A stretch of 64,000 nucleotides of DNA, taken from Styela clava (taxonomy: Eukaryota). Every line of letters starts with the position of its first letter. Within the stretch, counting starts at the first letter, position 1. A model generated the notes under the pieces. The model had not been told where the DNA came from. It worked only from the letters and a program-made list of their open reading frames with translations, and ran no database searches. Shown one piece after another: positions 37,541 to 50,903 of this stretch. Position numbers and translations under genes: made by a program. Location of the stretch: contig NC_135252.1 in NCBI RefSeq assembly GCF_964204865.1, positions 17,484,001 to 17,548,000 on the forward strand, written 5' to 3'.

Positions 37541-38445
37541 TCTTGAGAGAGCCAACAGCATGATAATCATAACAGCGAGACATTTATCAACAATTGAATT
37601 GAAATTTGCTTTCTTGTGAACGTGCAGAAAGAAACTTGCGTAGGAGTTTGTTTGTTCATTATATTTGGGGATTTCCTTCTTGCTATGTCATTCGATTTAA
37701 TTCTTACTCCTACCATAATAATAAAATCGCTCACCTACTGCCATAAATTTATATAATTTACATCAGTATGTTGTTTGGTGAATTAATTAAAAAGCAATAT
37801 TTGATCATGCTATTTCTTTTGAACACCGCCCTTCTAAAAAAAAAGATTTTGAAGTCTATGTCAGGTTCGCCGAAATGCCCTTCTCATTATACAACTTTAT
37901 TCAAGAAAAGAAAAAAAGGGCTGTTTCAGGAAAAGGCGCAAAAAGTCAAAAATATACATATCAATTAAAAGACATGTGCGTGTTTTTCGGTTGCAGACGA
38001 TAGAGCACATTTTACCTTTTCGAAAGTTGAGTTACAGTTATTGGCCCTTTCCCGTGTATGTATTCAGTTATGTATACATTGGTGGGAGTCAGAACTTGAA
38101 GCACATTGCCAAGCTTTGGTTTGACCTTGACTTAATGTTAGTCTCACGTGTGAGCTCTGACTCTTGGACGAAAAAGCATTATTTACATATAAAATTAACA
38201 TTGCGGTAAAATAAACACGTAGGGCAGTCACGCAATCAATAAAAAATATTTTCCCAAGATTTGCAATATCTTTTTTTCAAAATGATAATTTTAAATTAAA
38301 ATGATATATTACATTTTATTGAATTGTTTCGACACAAAGCGATCTTTTAAATGTAGTAAACTTATATTTGTGACCGTTTTTAACAATATAACGTAATGAT
38401 TCAATCGTCTTCAGCAGTTTTCAGAAAATTCGTATCAATCTGACA
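37541..38445 (-). repeat. Right arm of the inverted duplication
   Basis: Reverse complement of 35281-36375, without the MITE. Confidence 0.85.
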
Positions 38446-41400
38446 ATACATTATTGCCCCAGTACAAACTTTAAATCACCTTACTTCAATAACCAAAGGT
38501 ACTTTACGTACTTAAACAAAGCCAAAGCCACAATTATGCTTTTTCTTCGATAATATAATCTATTTGAAATACACAGGGAGTTTCCATATTAGCTTATGCG
38601 TGAGTATTGAATCAAATTCTAACTCCGACCCAAGTTTAAATTTATTTTTCTCAAGTGAACAATTATTAATTATGGGAACGTCGACTTTACTCCACTTATT
38701 TGTCAGTTTGATTTTTGGTCGAAGAAAATTAATTATTAAGATTTGAGGTTAAATTTCCTTGAATTAATTTCAGTGATATACAGCTGTTGGTTCAATACAC
38801 AAGGGGGGATTCAGAAATTGTACCGTTTACGTGACTAATACAACGAACTCTACATTCCACATAATATCACATAAGTAGGGATATAAAAGCGAAATAACCA
38901 CATGGAGCGCACTCATGTCTAAGATAAAATATGATTTTTCTCAAGCTCAAGTTTTTGACTTGTTTTTGTAAGGAAAGTACCATATTGTATACATATTTAA
39001 TAATAACACTGAATTAAATTTATTTGTTTTACAATTTCAATAATAAAATGTTTTCATTAGTTATTGGAACGTGGGATTCCGGGTTTATCCAAACCTTTCG
39101 GTGTTGTTTCAACATTATTACAGTTTATATAAGATTCATAACACAGTTGTACAGTTACTAATAAATCAATTTGAGCGGTTACATTACTTCAAAATGTTAT
39201 CTTTAGGAATATTAATGTTTGAACGTGAATTTGTTATACCTTCACCTGCCGCAAATAAATACTATAACTCATAAAACATTTTCATTATCTTTTCGAAGAA
39301 TTGATTTCCATGATTTATTAAACTGTACTTATGGTTTTGAAATGCATTAACAACAAAAACAACTAAAAAATTTGGGCTTTTTCCATCCTCTTTAGATCAC
39401 AGTTGTTCAAATTTCACACCTTTATAATAAGGCCTGTAGTACGCTGTATATCACGTCTATATTACGTCGTAATGTTGGTATTTTTTACGTTTGAACTGGC
39501 CATGGCCTTATTTCCGGATATAGCAATCCTGTATAATATTAATCTAATAAGGACAGTAAAACCAACAGTAAATGATACAAAAGCAACGCAAGCACTGGTC
39601 TTAAGTTATCATACACTGTAAATGCAAAAATATTGATATAGACTTTTACAGAGACGGGTTTAGAAAGATATGGCATTTGTGCGCAATTGAAATGATAAAT
39701 TTAAAACAAAATTAAGATATTTTCAAGCTAGTTTTCATATTTTGACTCATAATAGGGAAATGTGTTTTTAGCATTGTCGTTAACAATCGGTTTTCATTAT
39801 GCGATAACAATCGCCACAGGATTGGTCATCGGTCATCGAAATGGTCAAACTTCGATTATACATACAAACGATCGATAAATACAACGGAATTGAAAAAAGA
39901 TTATATCACACAAATATGGATATAAATGTCAAATATAAACATTTAAAATCGCATTTAGTTTATTTTGAGAATGAACTGCTCAAATTCTCATTATGAAGCC
40001 AATTCTCAAAATGTTTCAGGGCTGAAATCTCAAATTATGAATAAACCATGATTTCAGGGACGGAAACAGTTTTTAAACCTGTAAACCAAAATAGAGTTTG
40101 TGGAGATATACATTTTTCTTACAGTTATTCAATTATTTTCAAACGCTCCTGAGAAGTTATTAAATGCTCAATGTAATATTGTTCCGAAATGAATAATGCA
40201 CGATTCTAAACTATACGTTAAAATCCGATATTTTAGATTTAAAAAAATGCATTTTTTTCTTGATGTTCCATCAGTTCCATAAAAAAGAAAAGCGAGAAAT
40301 GTTTTCTCTTTTTAATATTTCAATGCTAGCTAGCACAATTCCAAACAGTTATGCTCATATAACACTATATCAATAAAATGTTTCTCTCGCCAATATAAGG
40401 ACAGCTTGTATATTGTAGGGTTCGATTCTTGTACCGCTAAGTGAGAAACGCCCTGTTAAATCTAGAAAAAAAAATAGAACGGTAATAGAAATAAAAATAT
40501 TCGCTGTAGGTATTTTTTGCACAGTTCTATTTATCATATTGAGCAAAAATAGTTCAGTTTAATCTGGAAGATTCTGCAAGATGCGATTTTTTTGTTTTAT
40601 TTATTATTTGCAAAACATCGAAACTGGAAGTGTTTTGCCATTTAAATATTTACCTCGGATATAAAAAACTATTATGCAGGCATGTGATTTCAACGAGATA
40701 AACTCAATTTTAGTTATTACGAGCGAATTTTTTGTAACATTGCTTTTTCGGTTTGTCTATATCCAATTCGGAATAAAATGTTAAAAATTTCGACAAACAG
40801 CGAATAAGAATTAAAAATTAGATATAGGTTCAAAACTGTTTGTTTTTTTTCTTCACTGCTGTTCGATTTGAATCTTTATTATGAAGAGATGCATTTCCTG
40901 TTTTGAAGTGGGGATAAATTACATAATAATGTTATTTCCGGCTAATCTTCTAAAACGATGTTTATTTTATTTTTCTCCTTTGTTAATTAATTTTGAAAAT
41001 TATTGAGGTCACGTCATATTTCAGAAATGGTATAAAATTGAACATTTCACATAGTCTCTTATCTGATTGCATTATTGTCAACGTATGTCCATTAAATACA
41101 GTTATGTCGAGCGAGCAAATGGCGTAGTTGCATGAAATTTGGTCACGTCACGAGACAAAAATGGCGCTGCGTTGTCGCTTCGGGCATTTGTTGATGCAGT
41201 TCTTTTCAAGATTACCTTCTCAAAATTTATTTTTGTTGTTTAAAAAATAGATCAGCTAGAAATAAATGTAAAAGTGACATATCATCAATACAATTTTATC
41301 CGTCTTTATTTTTACAATCAAATTCGATTACACCACACTTTAATTTCTGAAATAATTAATAAATAAAATAAAGAAATTTCTAAAAATTTAAATCCTAAAA

Positions 41401-43359
41401 TAAAATTTTATTTGAATATCCAGAAAGTAGATAGATGGTCAGTCACATACACATTTTCATTAGTTACAAAGAGTTTTATCGCTAACACTTCATCCCGGTT
41501 GAATAAAAGAAATTCATTTAAATCTTTAAAATTTACAAAAAATATGGATACAAGTGAAATAGCAACGTGTTCGTCCGTCTGTATTTACATTCTATATTAT
41601 TCGCAGATGATCGACATAACCCGTATACGAATTGTACAAATATATCCCTATTTACACAAGTAGCGGTAGTCCGACTGAATTCACTTATACTCAGAAAAGT
41701 TGTGTGAATTCTAGGAACATTGTCTCGGAGATTTCAGTCGTAAATCATGGACGGCCCACAATTAAAATACTTTGGTTATACTTTGACTATGCTTGGATGA
41801 GAAATTTATAGCTTTGTCTTTCTGTGACACCTTGTTCGTGTGTTAAACGTGTCACATTTACTATATCAAAGTTAAATTGTAAATCACATTTGAGCCATTC
41901 ATGGCAATAGCATGTATGTTGGGAAGCCACGTCGGATAAAATATCGAAATGGATGATATCATTCATTTGAACAATACTAACAAATACAAGGAGGTAGAAA
42001 TTAATAATATCGTTATAAATTGTTCCGAAGTGTTTGATATTATAATTTGAACAAACACACGAAGAGAAATTTTATGTTCTAATATGACCTGGGAGTCAAG
42101 ATATGTAAAACTTTCCGTAAGTGATTCGAAGTTCTGTTTAATTAGGTTACGCAACTTACAATAGTTCTTATACCACTCCATTATCAAATAACATTATGAA
42201 ATATGGCAAAACGAAAGAGTGCGAACCCGAGTTTGATCGGTTTCAAATTGAATAGGATATTGGTTTTGCTACTTAATAGTTTATATCAGACTATTTGTTG
42301 CCATCTTTAACAATTTTAACTCCATTTCAACAACATTAACAACAAAAGTTTAAAATGGTAAAACCAACTTAGGTAAAAATATCATTTATAAACTTCCAGA
42401 GAAATTTAAAGTGAGAATTTTTGTCAAATTTACCTGATTGAGTTTATTTTCTCAATTTTAGGGTATCGCTAATTTCTGATTCCTAATGTTGATTTTATAT
42501 CTGAATACTGTCATTTTATTAACATTAAAATTGCATTTTATTCAATTTTAGAAAATAGTCATTAAACCATTCTACTTTGTACATATTTTCAACCAGATCG
42601 TTAGATTGCGGCGCAAAGTCTTGTTGTTCCAACTGATGTATGTATATGAATCCAACCTATCAACGCGATCGCATTTCCAGGTGCGAGTCTGGGTCGAATT
42701 TAAAACCGCAAGACCGAACTAGGCTCGACTCAAATTATTTTATTTGAATCTTAAAATTGGGCATATCGGGTTAGAATAATATTTAATTTTAGCAAATCAT
42801 TGTTTAGGGCACGTTACCATGGTAATGACTTGAAAAATATTCCTAAAAAAGAAATTTAATCTCAAGATTAGACCCGTGACGAACCCCGAAATGACCCCGA
42901 AACCACGATTCTTTCACTGAAAGATTCGGGAATTTTGTTGACAAATTCATCAAAATGTATTTCAATTCATCAAAATTACAAACGATTTTAAATTTGCGAG
43001 AAAATAAATAAAATTTGATAAGTTCTTCGAAATTGTCAATAAGCAATTTCTCTCAGACTACTAAAAGAAATGAAGCGGGTATTAAGTATTATCTAATTTG
43101 AAAAATAGTTTTAATTGGTTCAGGAGTTCGTACATAGAAGAGTTCGTACAAAAAATTGAAGATATTTTGTTGACCATTAATACTTTGGTCATTTGAATGT
43201 TTGTTTCATGCAAAGAAATAACTATCGTTTAACGCAACACGCTAGATGGCGCAACTCCAACTTTGTGTATCAGATATTTTACTTTCGTTTTGAGGTTAAC
43301 ATCGACTCCCAAACTTGAATAGATGCACGTAGACGCTCCTTTTTTTTGCGTGATCAATG

Positions 43360-43501
43360 CGGGTATATATAGAGCTGCTTGTGACTCAGGTATCACAGTC
43401 GAGACCGCAATATAAGAAGGATCGATAAGTTTCTTCTGTCCACGGAACGGTATACATTGCTATAATAATAGAGGTTCAACAATAAGACACTGATATTGAA
43501 G
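43360..43501 (+). promoter_or_regulatory. Candidate promoter and non-coding first exon of the PX-SH3 gene
   Basis: TATATATA (~43364), AP-1 consensus TGACTCA (43382-43388), donor gaag|GTAGGG after 43501 and matching acceptor tttcAG| at 44206 upstream of the ATG. Confidence 0.45.
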
Positions 43502-44263
43502 GTAGGGAATCGTCAATTTGGACGTTGATATCTTACGTTAAATTGTTAAATGTTGTTTACATCTTTCAAAAATTCTAAAATGTTCAGATCTATCTAACGT
43601 ACTATTCACATTTCGGCAAAATTCGCTTTCTTATCTAAAAAGTAATTCGAATATCGAATTTTTTTCATGTTTATATTAGTTATATTGATTAACCTATCGG
43701 CTTTTACCATTTTGTGAGGAAATAGGCACTTATTTAAATCTAAATTACCAATGTAATACTCAGTAAATCCATTGTCATGGATCATGTTTTAAAGTGTTGG
43801 TATTACTACCATCAATATTGATTATGCTAATTCCAATCTGGTATTGTTGTCCATCATGCGTGTGGTACAAGTCGAATTTTTATTAAACGCAGTTTAGCTA
43901 CGGCCAACATTCGGCCTTGTTTAAATTTGCATTCCTTCTGATCGAGGAAGTCTTTCAACAGGTACCATGGCTTTTGTCGTCATTAGTTTAACGACGACTA
44001 AATTACATAATATATTACGCGCAAATTAAACGGTCGGCTAAAATTAGAACCACATTTTTCGTGATAAGTTGGTTTTGTTATGGTTTAAACGGAAATAAAA
44101 CAAGAAGACCGATGATTAACTACCATTAACCTCGACTTAAGCCTCGAGGTATATGAAGTTCTTTTTTCTTTATAAAAAAATATCTTACTTGTTAAAACGC
44201 TTTCAGCGTGTACAAGAGGTATGATATGGTCTGAGAGAAGTTTCGAAAGAAGATTTACTTAAA

Positions 44264-47200
44264 ATGGGGTGTCTTTCATATGGCAGAATTTTAAAAAATA
44301 GATATATTCAAACTATACGTCGAAAGATGACACAGGTTGAGGAGAATTGTGAGAATTTGATCCAAGCGTTCCAGGAAAAAACATCGTTGGCGAACAAGGT
44401 GTTTCAAGAAAAACCGAATGAACGAGTGACATCGTTTTCCTCGCGAAAAGATTCTGAAACAAGTGATCTTTCCCTCTCGGACGACTCTGAAAACGAACAG
44501 TCTTCCACAGCTAATAAAAATGAAATTCATTACGTAAAAAGTGCGAAAGTTCTCGGTATCCACAAGCAAGACAGACCGAAAGTGAACTACGTGAGTGTTA
44601 CATTAGAATTTTTTATGATTAGAATTTACGACATTACCGCAAAACTTAAAGTTTTATCAAAGGTATAAATCAATTAAAATTTCCACAAATTAAGCGTAAT
44701 TTCCACAAAATAGCAAGTATATTAGTAAGATTTTGTTAGATAATAGTCTAACTTTTTTATATAAAACAAGATATAACGCATTTGAAGCTGTGTAATAATA
44801 AAAGTTGGTACCTCCAGAAGTACGCGCACCAAGATGGCGCACAACCCGAACATAGCATGTGTGTACCGGTTAGGATTCAGGTTGTGCGACATCTTGGTGC
44901 GCATACTTCTGAAGCACCAAAAGTTGTCTTAGGACACCATGAATTTGATTTTGGTATTGCAGCTCTTCGGCATTTTTTACTGCTTCGAATGAATGACTTA
45001 ATGAGTTTGGGCTTGTATTTCTAATTCAATAGTGTTTAGCGTAGAAATGTCCTCGACATCTATAATCGGAAAAATACTACACATGCATGGTTGAAATTGA
45101 AATATATCGTTTCAATATTTCATGTGAGATCCAGAATCGGTTCTTTTAAAGTTTGAGGAGATTTTTACAGTTGAATAAATTTACATTTCCTTTATTTATT
45201 TTGGGAGTCATTTAACGATGAAAACAAATAAAGAGTATTTGTCAACGTAGTATCTAATGTTTACCAAATATCACATTAACAAGTGTTGGCCAATAAATTA
45301 AAAATGTTTGATTTGAGCTATCAGGGCATATCTTTATAATAATGAGATTTAACCATTTGTTCAATGTAAGAGAATCGAAAAGTGATGCATTTTGTTATAT
45401 TTTGACTGATGAGTGGTAAACTTGCTCTAAATAATTTTTTTTATATATTTTTTTTATTGCAGTTGTATGTTCTGATTGTAAAGTGGAGTGACAGAAGTCA
45501 AGTAACGATCTATAGAAAATGGAAGGAGATAAAGGAATTGCAAGACAATTTGCTCACAGTAAGTGGAATTTACAGTCTAATCAGCATTTTAATAAAAAAA
45601 ATACTTTCAATTATTGTTTCACTTTTGAAACACTTAAGTCTTTATTGCAGAACGCAAATGAATAAGCATTTATAAAATTTATGAGAAATTTTCTTATCGA
45701 GGTACAATGTCCTTACGAGGCTTTTGTTCAAATGATTTTGAAATCATTTGCGACCCATTGCACGCAAGGGTTACATTAATGAATGTGGTATTATGTGATT
45801 TTCTTTCCCTCGTATCCGTTTTAGTTGAAGCGGACAAAATTATCATAAAATGGCGACAGATAACGAATTTGGATTTTCATAAATAAATATTTCGATCATG
45901 GTCAATTCCATAAAAGTAGGTTAAATTCAGAAACTAATATAAATTGGAATTCATATTATTCGGAATCGCTCTAAAATAAAACGCGCAAATTCAACGCCAT
46001 ATAGAGGTATAGTTCAAAATGCTTATCGTGTAAAATAATTTTTTTTATGAAATTATGACGTCGGCATATTATTTTTGAGCACAAATTGAATGGTTTGCGT
46101 GCAACATTTATAATATTTCTACCGGCAAAAAATTTGTAAAACAAAAAAATGATACCATAAATTTTCACGGCCCAATTTACCCATATAACGAAATTCAAAA
46201 CGTAGATATAATTGCATAAGTGGAAATTATCAATTCTCGTGTAAGAAAAGTGTTTGATTGTTGTGGTTTTGCGATTTCATGTTATCGACAGTGAAAATTT
46301 TTCAAACTCAGAGAACCATAAGTTGATAATTGGAAAAATTCAAATTGCAAATTGCCAAAGTTACTATTTCGGTACTTGTTTTATATCGTATTATTTAAAA
46401 TATTCCATATAATTCTTTTCCAAAAAGAATTTAAAACAACATTTGACCTCGTGCACTTCATGCAGCCCAGATGCTTCGTTCTGTATACCATATGTTTATC
46501 TTGTGTAATATATTTATCAGCCGCAATAAAAATCTAATTTGAAACAAAACATGCACATTAATACCTGTGGATATGTTAGATGTATTACATAATAATGAAA
46601 CATTAACAATCGTAATAGAGGCTTTTGGATTTAATTGCATTATTTATAACATGATATAAAAGTAAACAGCACGTAATTACTCAGTCGACAAAGTCTGCAC
46701 GAATCGAAATGTTTATAATTATAATTCGCTACAAATAAACAAAAAAAAACTAAACAGATAATTTCTGAAATTACCTGGTATTAAATTAAAAATTTAATTT
46801 TATTGATAAGTCTGTCTCAGGTTCAACTATTTTATTGTTACAAGATTATTACCTTTTTTATTTGAATCAAAATCACTCATTTTTAACCAAGACAAGTAGA
46901 AAATATGTGGCAACTATTTTATGATACCGTGACCTAAAGTTCAAATTGCGTCATAGGTTGCCAAGAATAATAAATCAAGCGAGACAAAAAGATATTTAAA
47001 GAAAACTACTCGACGAGTGCGAAGCGAAGCACGATTTGCGCAGGGGACAATGCAAAAATTGAAAATGATTGATGGACTGAACAATTTCTTTGAGGTATTC
47101 ATTTGCTTTCAATATTTACATAATATTTTACATTCTTAGAAATTCAGTATTCGATTTTTATGTAAGTTTAGAAAAGTTTTATACAACAAAGCGTCATCAA

Positions 47201-50200
47201 TTTGGTCATTATTATTACCTAATTACGTGTCACAATTTTGTATATTCAATCGTTTTTTTAGTAATTTTATGTTCGTTTTATTCATAGTCGGTGACGCACT
47301 TCGAAGACTTGTCTCATTCAAATGACGCTCGACGATTTTTTAAACCAAATGACAGAGATCTTAGTTCAACTTCTTGGAGGTAGGTTTTTATTCATTTAAC
47401 ATAATAACAATATTTCATAGACAATCAGTGCAAAAAAATAACTCTTTTTACTTATTTTGAAAACCGTATTCGTCAAAGAAATTCAGCCAACTTATTTGCT
47501 ATAATTATTTTTTAAAACGGATTTTTATTCTCATTCCTTTAGCGGAGATGGAAGAACATACTTTTATATCACAAGAGATGTGTTATGCGAAAGGAATAAT
47601 GCCTATGTTGCCGATGATCAAAGTGATGTCATAGAAAACGATCCTGAAAATAACTGGATTCTTGCGTCACAAAGCAGCGTCGAAAGCGAGGTATATATTG
47701 CTCTTATCATAGTGGTTGTGGAAGTGGAAAAAAGTTGATCATGTTATATTCGATAATAAATTCACGTAAAACTGAAAAATGATGTAAATTTACAAACATT
47801 ATAAGTGACATCATCTGGAATGACTCATTCACAATTCATAATAATTACAAATGCCATTAGTAATAAACTAGTTAATGACTCAATATCTATCTTTCAATAA
47901 TTATTAAATGTTTTAAATGTAAATAGTTATTATTAAAAATTGATTACGTCATATACAGAACTCAGAAGATTCTTTGACTGTGGCGCTGGACATAGCATAT
48001 GAACCTGATCCCAATATTACATGGCCGATTAAATCGAGTGTTCACGTGGCAATTTGCGAATACAAAGCAACCGAAGATGATAAAAAGGAAAATATAATCA
48101 GTCTTGAAAAAGACGAGGAAGTCGATGTCTTGGATCGTAACGAAAGTGGTAGGTGATTATTATAATTTGTGGTTAAATATTCTAATAATTAATACTTTGA
48201 AAATTAAACTTTTCATTTGCCTAGTTATTAACAAACCAAATATATATGAAAATATTTTTTATAATAAAAGAGTCGCACGCGATATTTTAATTATTTCGTC
48301 TCAGTTAGAAATATGAGTATTTCTGTAAACTTACAGCACTTAATCAAAACTCAAATTTTTAATTAATTCCGAAACTTAATTTTTTACCCGGAATTCTGAT
48401 AAGTATCCCAATAATATGCAGATTGAGGATTCTCAAAATAGGGCTCATAATTCAAATTTACTCTATCTATCGTATTATGAATATATTAGGCATATGACGT
48501 AGATTTTATTAAATATATAGAGGAAGATTTTATTTGTTTTGTCCACCAGAAAACATATACACAATAAAACATAATTAATAGAAAGCAAAATAGTTCTCGG
48601 TACAGACTGGGTGGCAACGATACGACCATGCGGTTATCGGAGTTAGTTACCACCCAATATTAATATCAATAAACATGAATAAAAAACGCTTCAGATATGA
48701 AGATATATACATATATATTTATAGTTGCTGTTATCTCTATATTGGTATTAATTGAATCATTTCATTAAGGTTGGTGGCTGGTTTCTCGTATAAACGAGAA
48801 CAATCCTTCCGACAAAGCTCCCGAATGTGGATACGTTCCGTCAGATTATCTTCAAGCTATTGAAAGAGAAGACGCTTTCAGTGATCTACTTTCCCCAGAT
48901 TCAGTTTTTGATCGTGAAAACTCGTATGAATATGTAAGTTATATTTCACATTTGTTTCTATAAATAGAGACATCAATATTGTGTCAATTTCATCAAAGCT
49001 AAAATATACCTCCTCAAAGCAAGGTCACGAAAACTCACTCAGAAATCAGAATGATCCCCGAGCGAAGCTACGGGCGACCACTAAATTGTTAAGAGCTATT
49101 GACAGTTTAAAGAATTTTAGTGTAGTACGTATTGTACGTTATTAAATAGCGATTGACGCGAGGCTTGAAACAGTTCGCGTCGATACGTTCGGGGAAACAT
49201 CTGTGAGGCAGTAAAACCCACATAACTGAAGTTTTTACCAAAATATATATAACATGAATGCAGAAATGAATCCTACAAAATTTTGGCATTTGATCTTATT
49301 TTTTATCATAAAATATTTGCATATGCTAATATGGAACAAATTTTTTTCAGGACCCAGATGTTGATGAATCCAGCATTTGTAGTAGCGAGGGAGATGCTGA
49401 CGATGAACAGCCCGCTAAAACGACAAACACTCAGAAGACAACTCAAACAAAACTGTCAAAATCTTCTCCATCGCTGTCTGACTCAAGCTCAGACAGCGCT
49501 TTTGAAGAAAACGAGTTTAAGTACACTAACAAAAATCATGCTAAGCTAATTCTACTCAGAAACGGGCACACACCGGGAATGAACAAACGACATAGTCTGC
49601 CCGCTGTCCACGAACTTACAGAATCCACCACCGAGGAAGAGTCTTCATCACCTTCATTATCCAACTCTACAGAATCATTGAATTCTCCGATAAAATCGAC
49701 AAAACTTTACAAGAAACGAAGGCAAAGAAACAAATCGCATGTTGTTTCACCACTAGCAGAATCTGGCAACGGTGTACCGTCTCTTGGTCCTCGCACGCGT
49801 TCAAGTGGAACATCTGGGGTAGGATCACGTTTGAAATCTCACGCTGCCAGAAGATCAACATTAGTCAACATGCACAACTCTGCTCTAGGAGTTTCTATGC
49901 CAAACGTTTTTTTGCCCGAATCACAAAGCAAGTTATCCACAAATGCCGCATTTGAAAGAAGAAGCACACTCGGAAATATTTCCGCTCTTCATTTTTGTGG
50001 ATCAATGCCAGATGTTCACGGAAGATCATTCAGCAATTCACCAATCCTTTCAACAATCAGTCGGAGTTCTTCAAATCTCTCAGCAGCGAATAGAGTGGGG
50101 TAGGCTTACTAAATGATTTTATCTAAATGACAGATGATAATTTGCGTTCGCAATCGTAATGACTAAAACAAAAATATAGCAAAATATCATTGTGATGTAT

Positions 50201-50903
50201 TAAGAGGCGGAATTCGAATTTTTAAGCACATGTTCTCTTTTGTATCTTCACTAAATTTTTACTGAACAATTTTTCGTTTAGAATGGATTATATTTCAACA
50301 AAAGAATATGAAGCAAACAACGCAGATGAATTAAGTTTCGAAGAAGGAGCCATAATTACAGTTTATCGAAGGAATCCAAATGGATGGTGGCTGGCGAGGT
50401 AAAGTTTTGAATTGATACTGTTTTTAATGAAAAACCCGGTATTGGAATTATTAAAAAATAAAGTTATATATAATACATCAGTAAAAATAAATTGGAAAAC
50501 TTCAATTTTGAAAGAAGACTAAACTTAGATGTCGATTGAATGGCCAAATAAATCTATATATATACAAAATAGCAAATACCCCCCAATGAAACTGAATTAA
50601 ACTTCAAATCTTGGTTAGATATAGCCTTCACATTGAATTTTACTATTCATCTTTGCATAACACAACGATGTCAAGGATCCCTATTATCAAGTCGTTGTGT
50701 TGGTTCCTTGAGAAAAATTAATGATTTTCATTTGTAACGTTGAACTACCAAGAATATTTGTCTGTTTGTTTTGATGCAAGTTCTTATGTTTTATTATTTC
50801 TTTCAGTTATCAAGGAAAGAACGGACTTGTCCCAGGAGTTAACTTGAAAAAGTACAACGATCCTTTGAGACGACTCAGTCTTCATGTATTTGAAATGTTG
50901 TAA
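44264..50903 (+). CDS. PX domain plus two SH3 domains protein (p47phox/NCF1-NOXO1-SH3PXD2 family), 10 coding exons, 705 aa
   Basis: Exons 44264-44590, 45463-45558, 46957-47094, 47288-47379, 47543-47690, 47959-48148, 48770-48933, 49351-50099, 50282-50398, 50807-50903. All GT-AG, phases compatible, 2118 nt. PX: YVKSAKVLGIHK..PKVNY|LYVLIVKWSD..VTIYRKWKEI...RRFFKP..RDL. SH3a: VAICEY...LDRNESGWWLV...GYVPSDYL. SH3b: YEANNADELSFEEG...NPNGWWLA...GLVPGVNL. Confidence 0.88.
44808..44918. mobile_element. Palindromic MITE, short form, in an intron of the PX-SH3 gene
   Basis: Perfect TSD aaaagttg; same TIR family. Confidence 0.9.

Noticed and set aside
35950-37968. Paralogous ORFs MLFGEYIC... and MLFGELIK... 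as a gene family
   Set aside because: Their similarity simply reflects the inverted duplication; the frames diverge and show no protein-like features.
40405-40445. tRNA gene suggested by the B-box GGTTCGATTC
   Set aside because: No cloverleaf or A-box at the right spacing; at most a decayed SINE head.
44722-45024. Short ORFs with HQDGAQPE / AILVR motifs recurring at 6668 and 61845
   Set aside because: Translations of the palindromic MITE, not genes.
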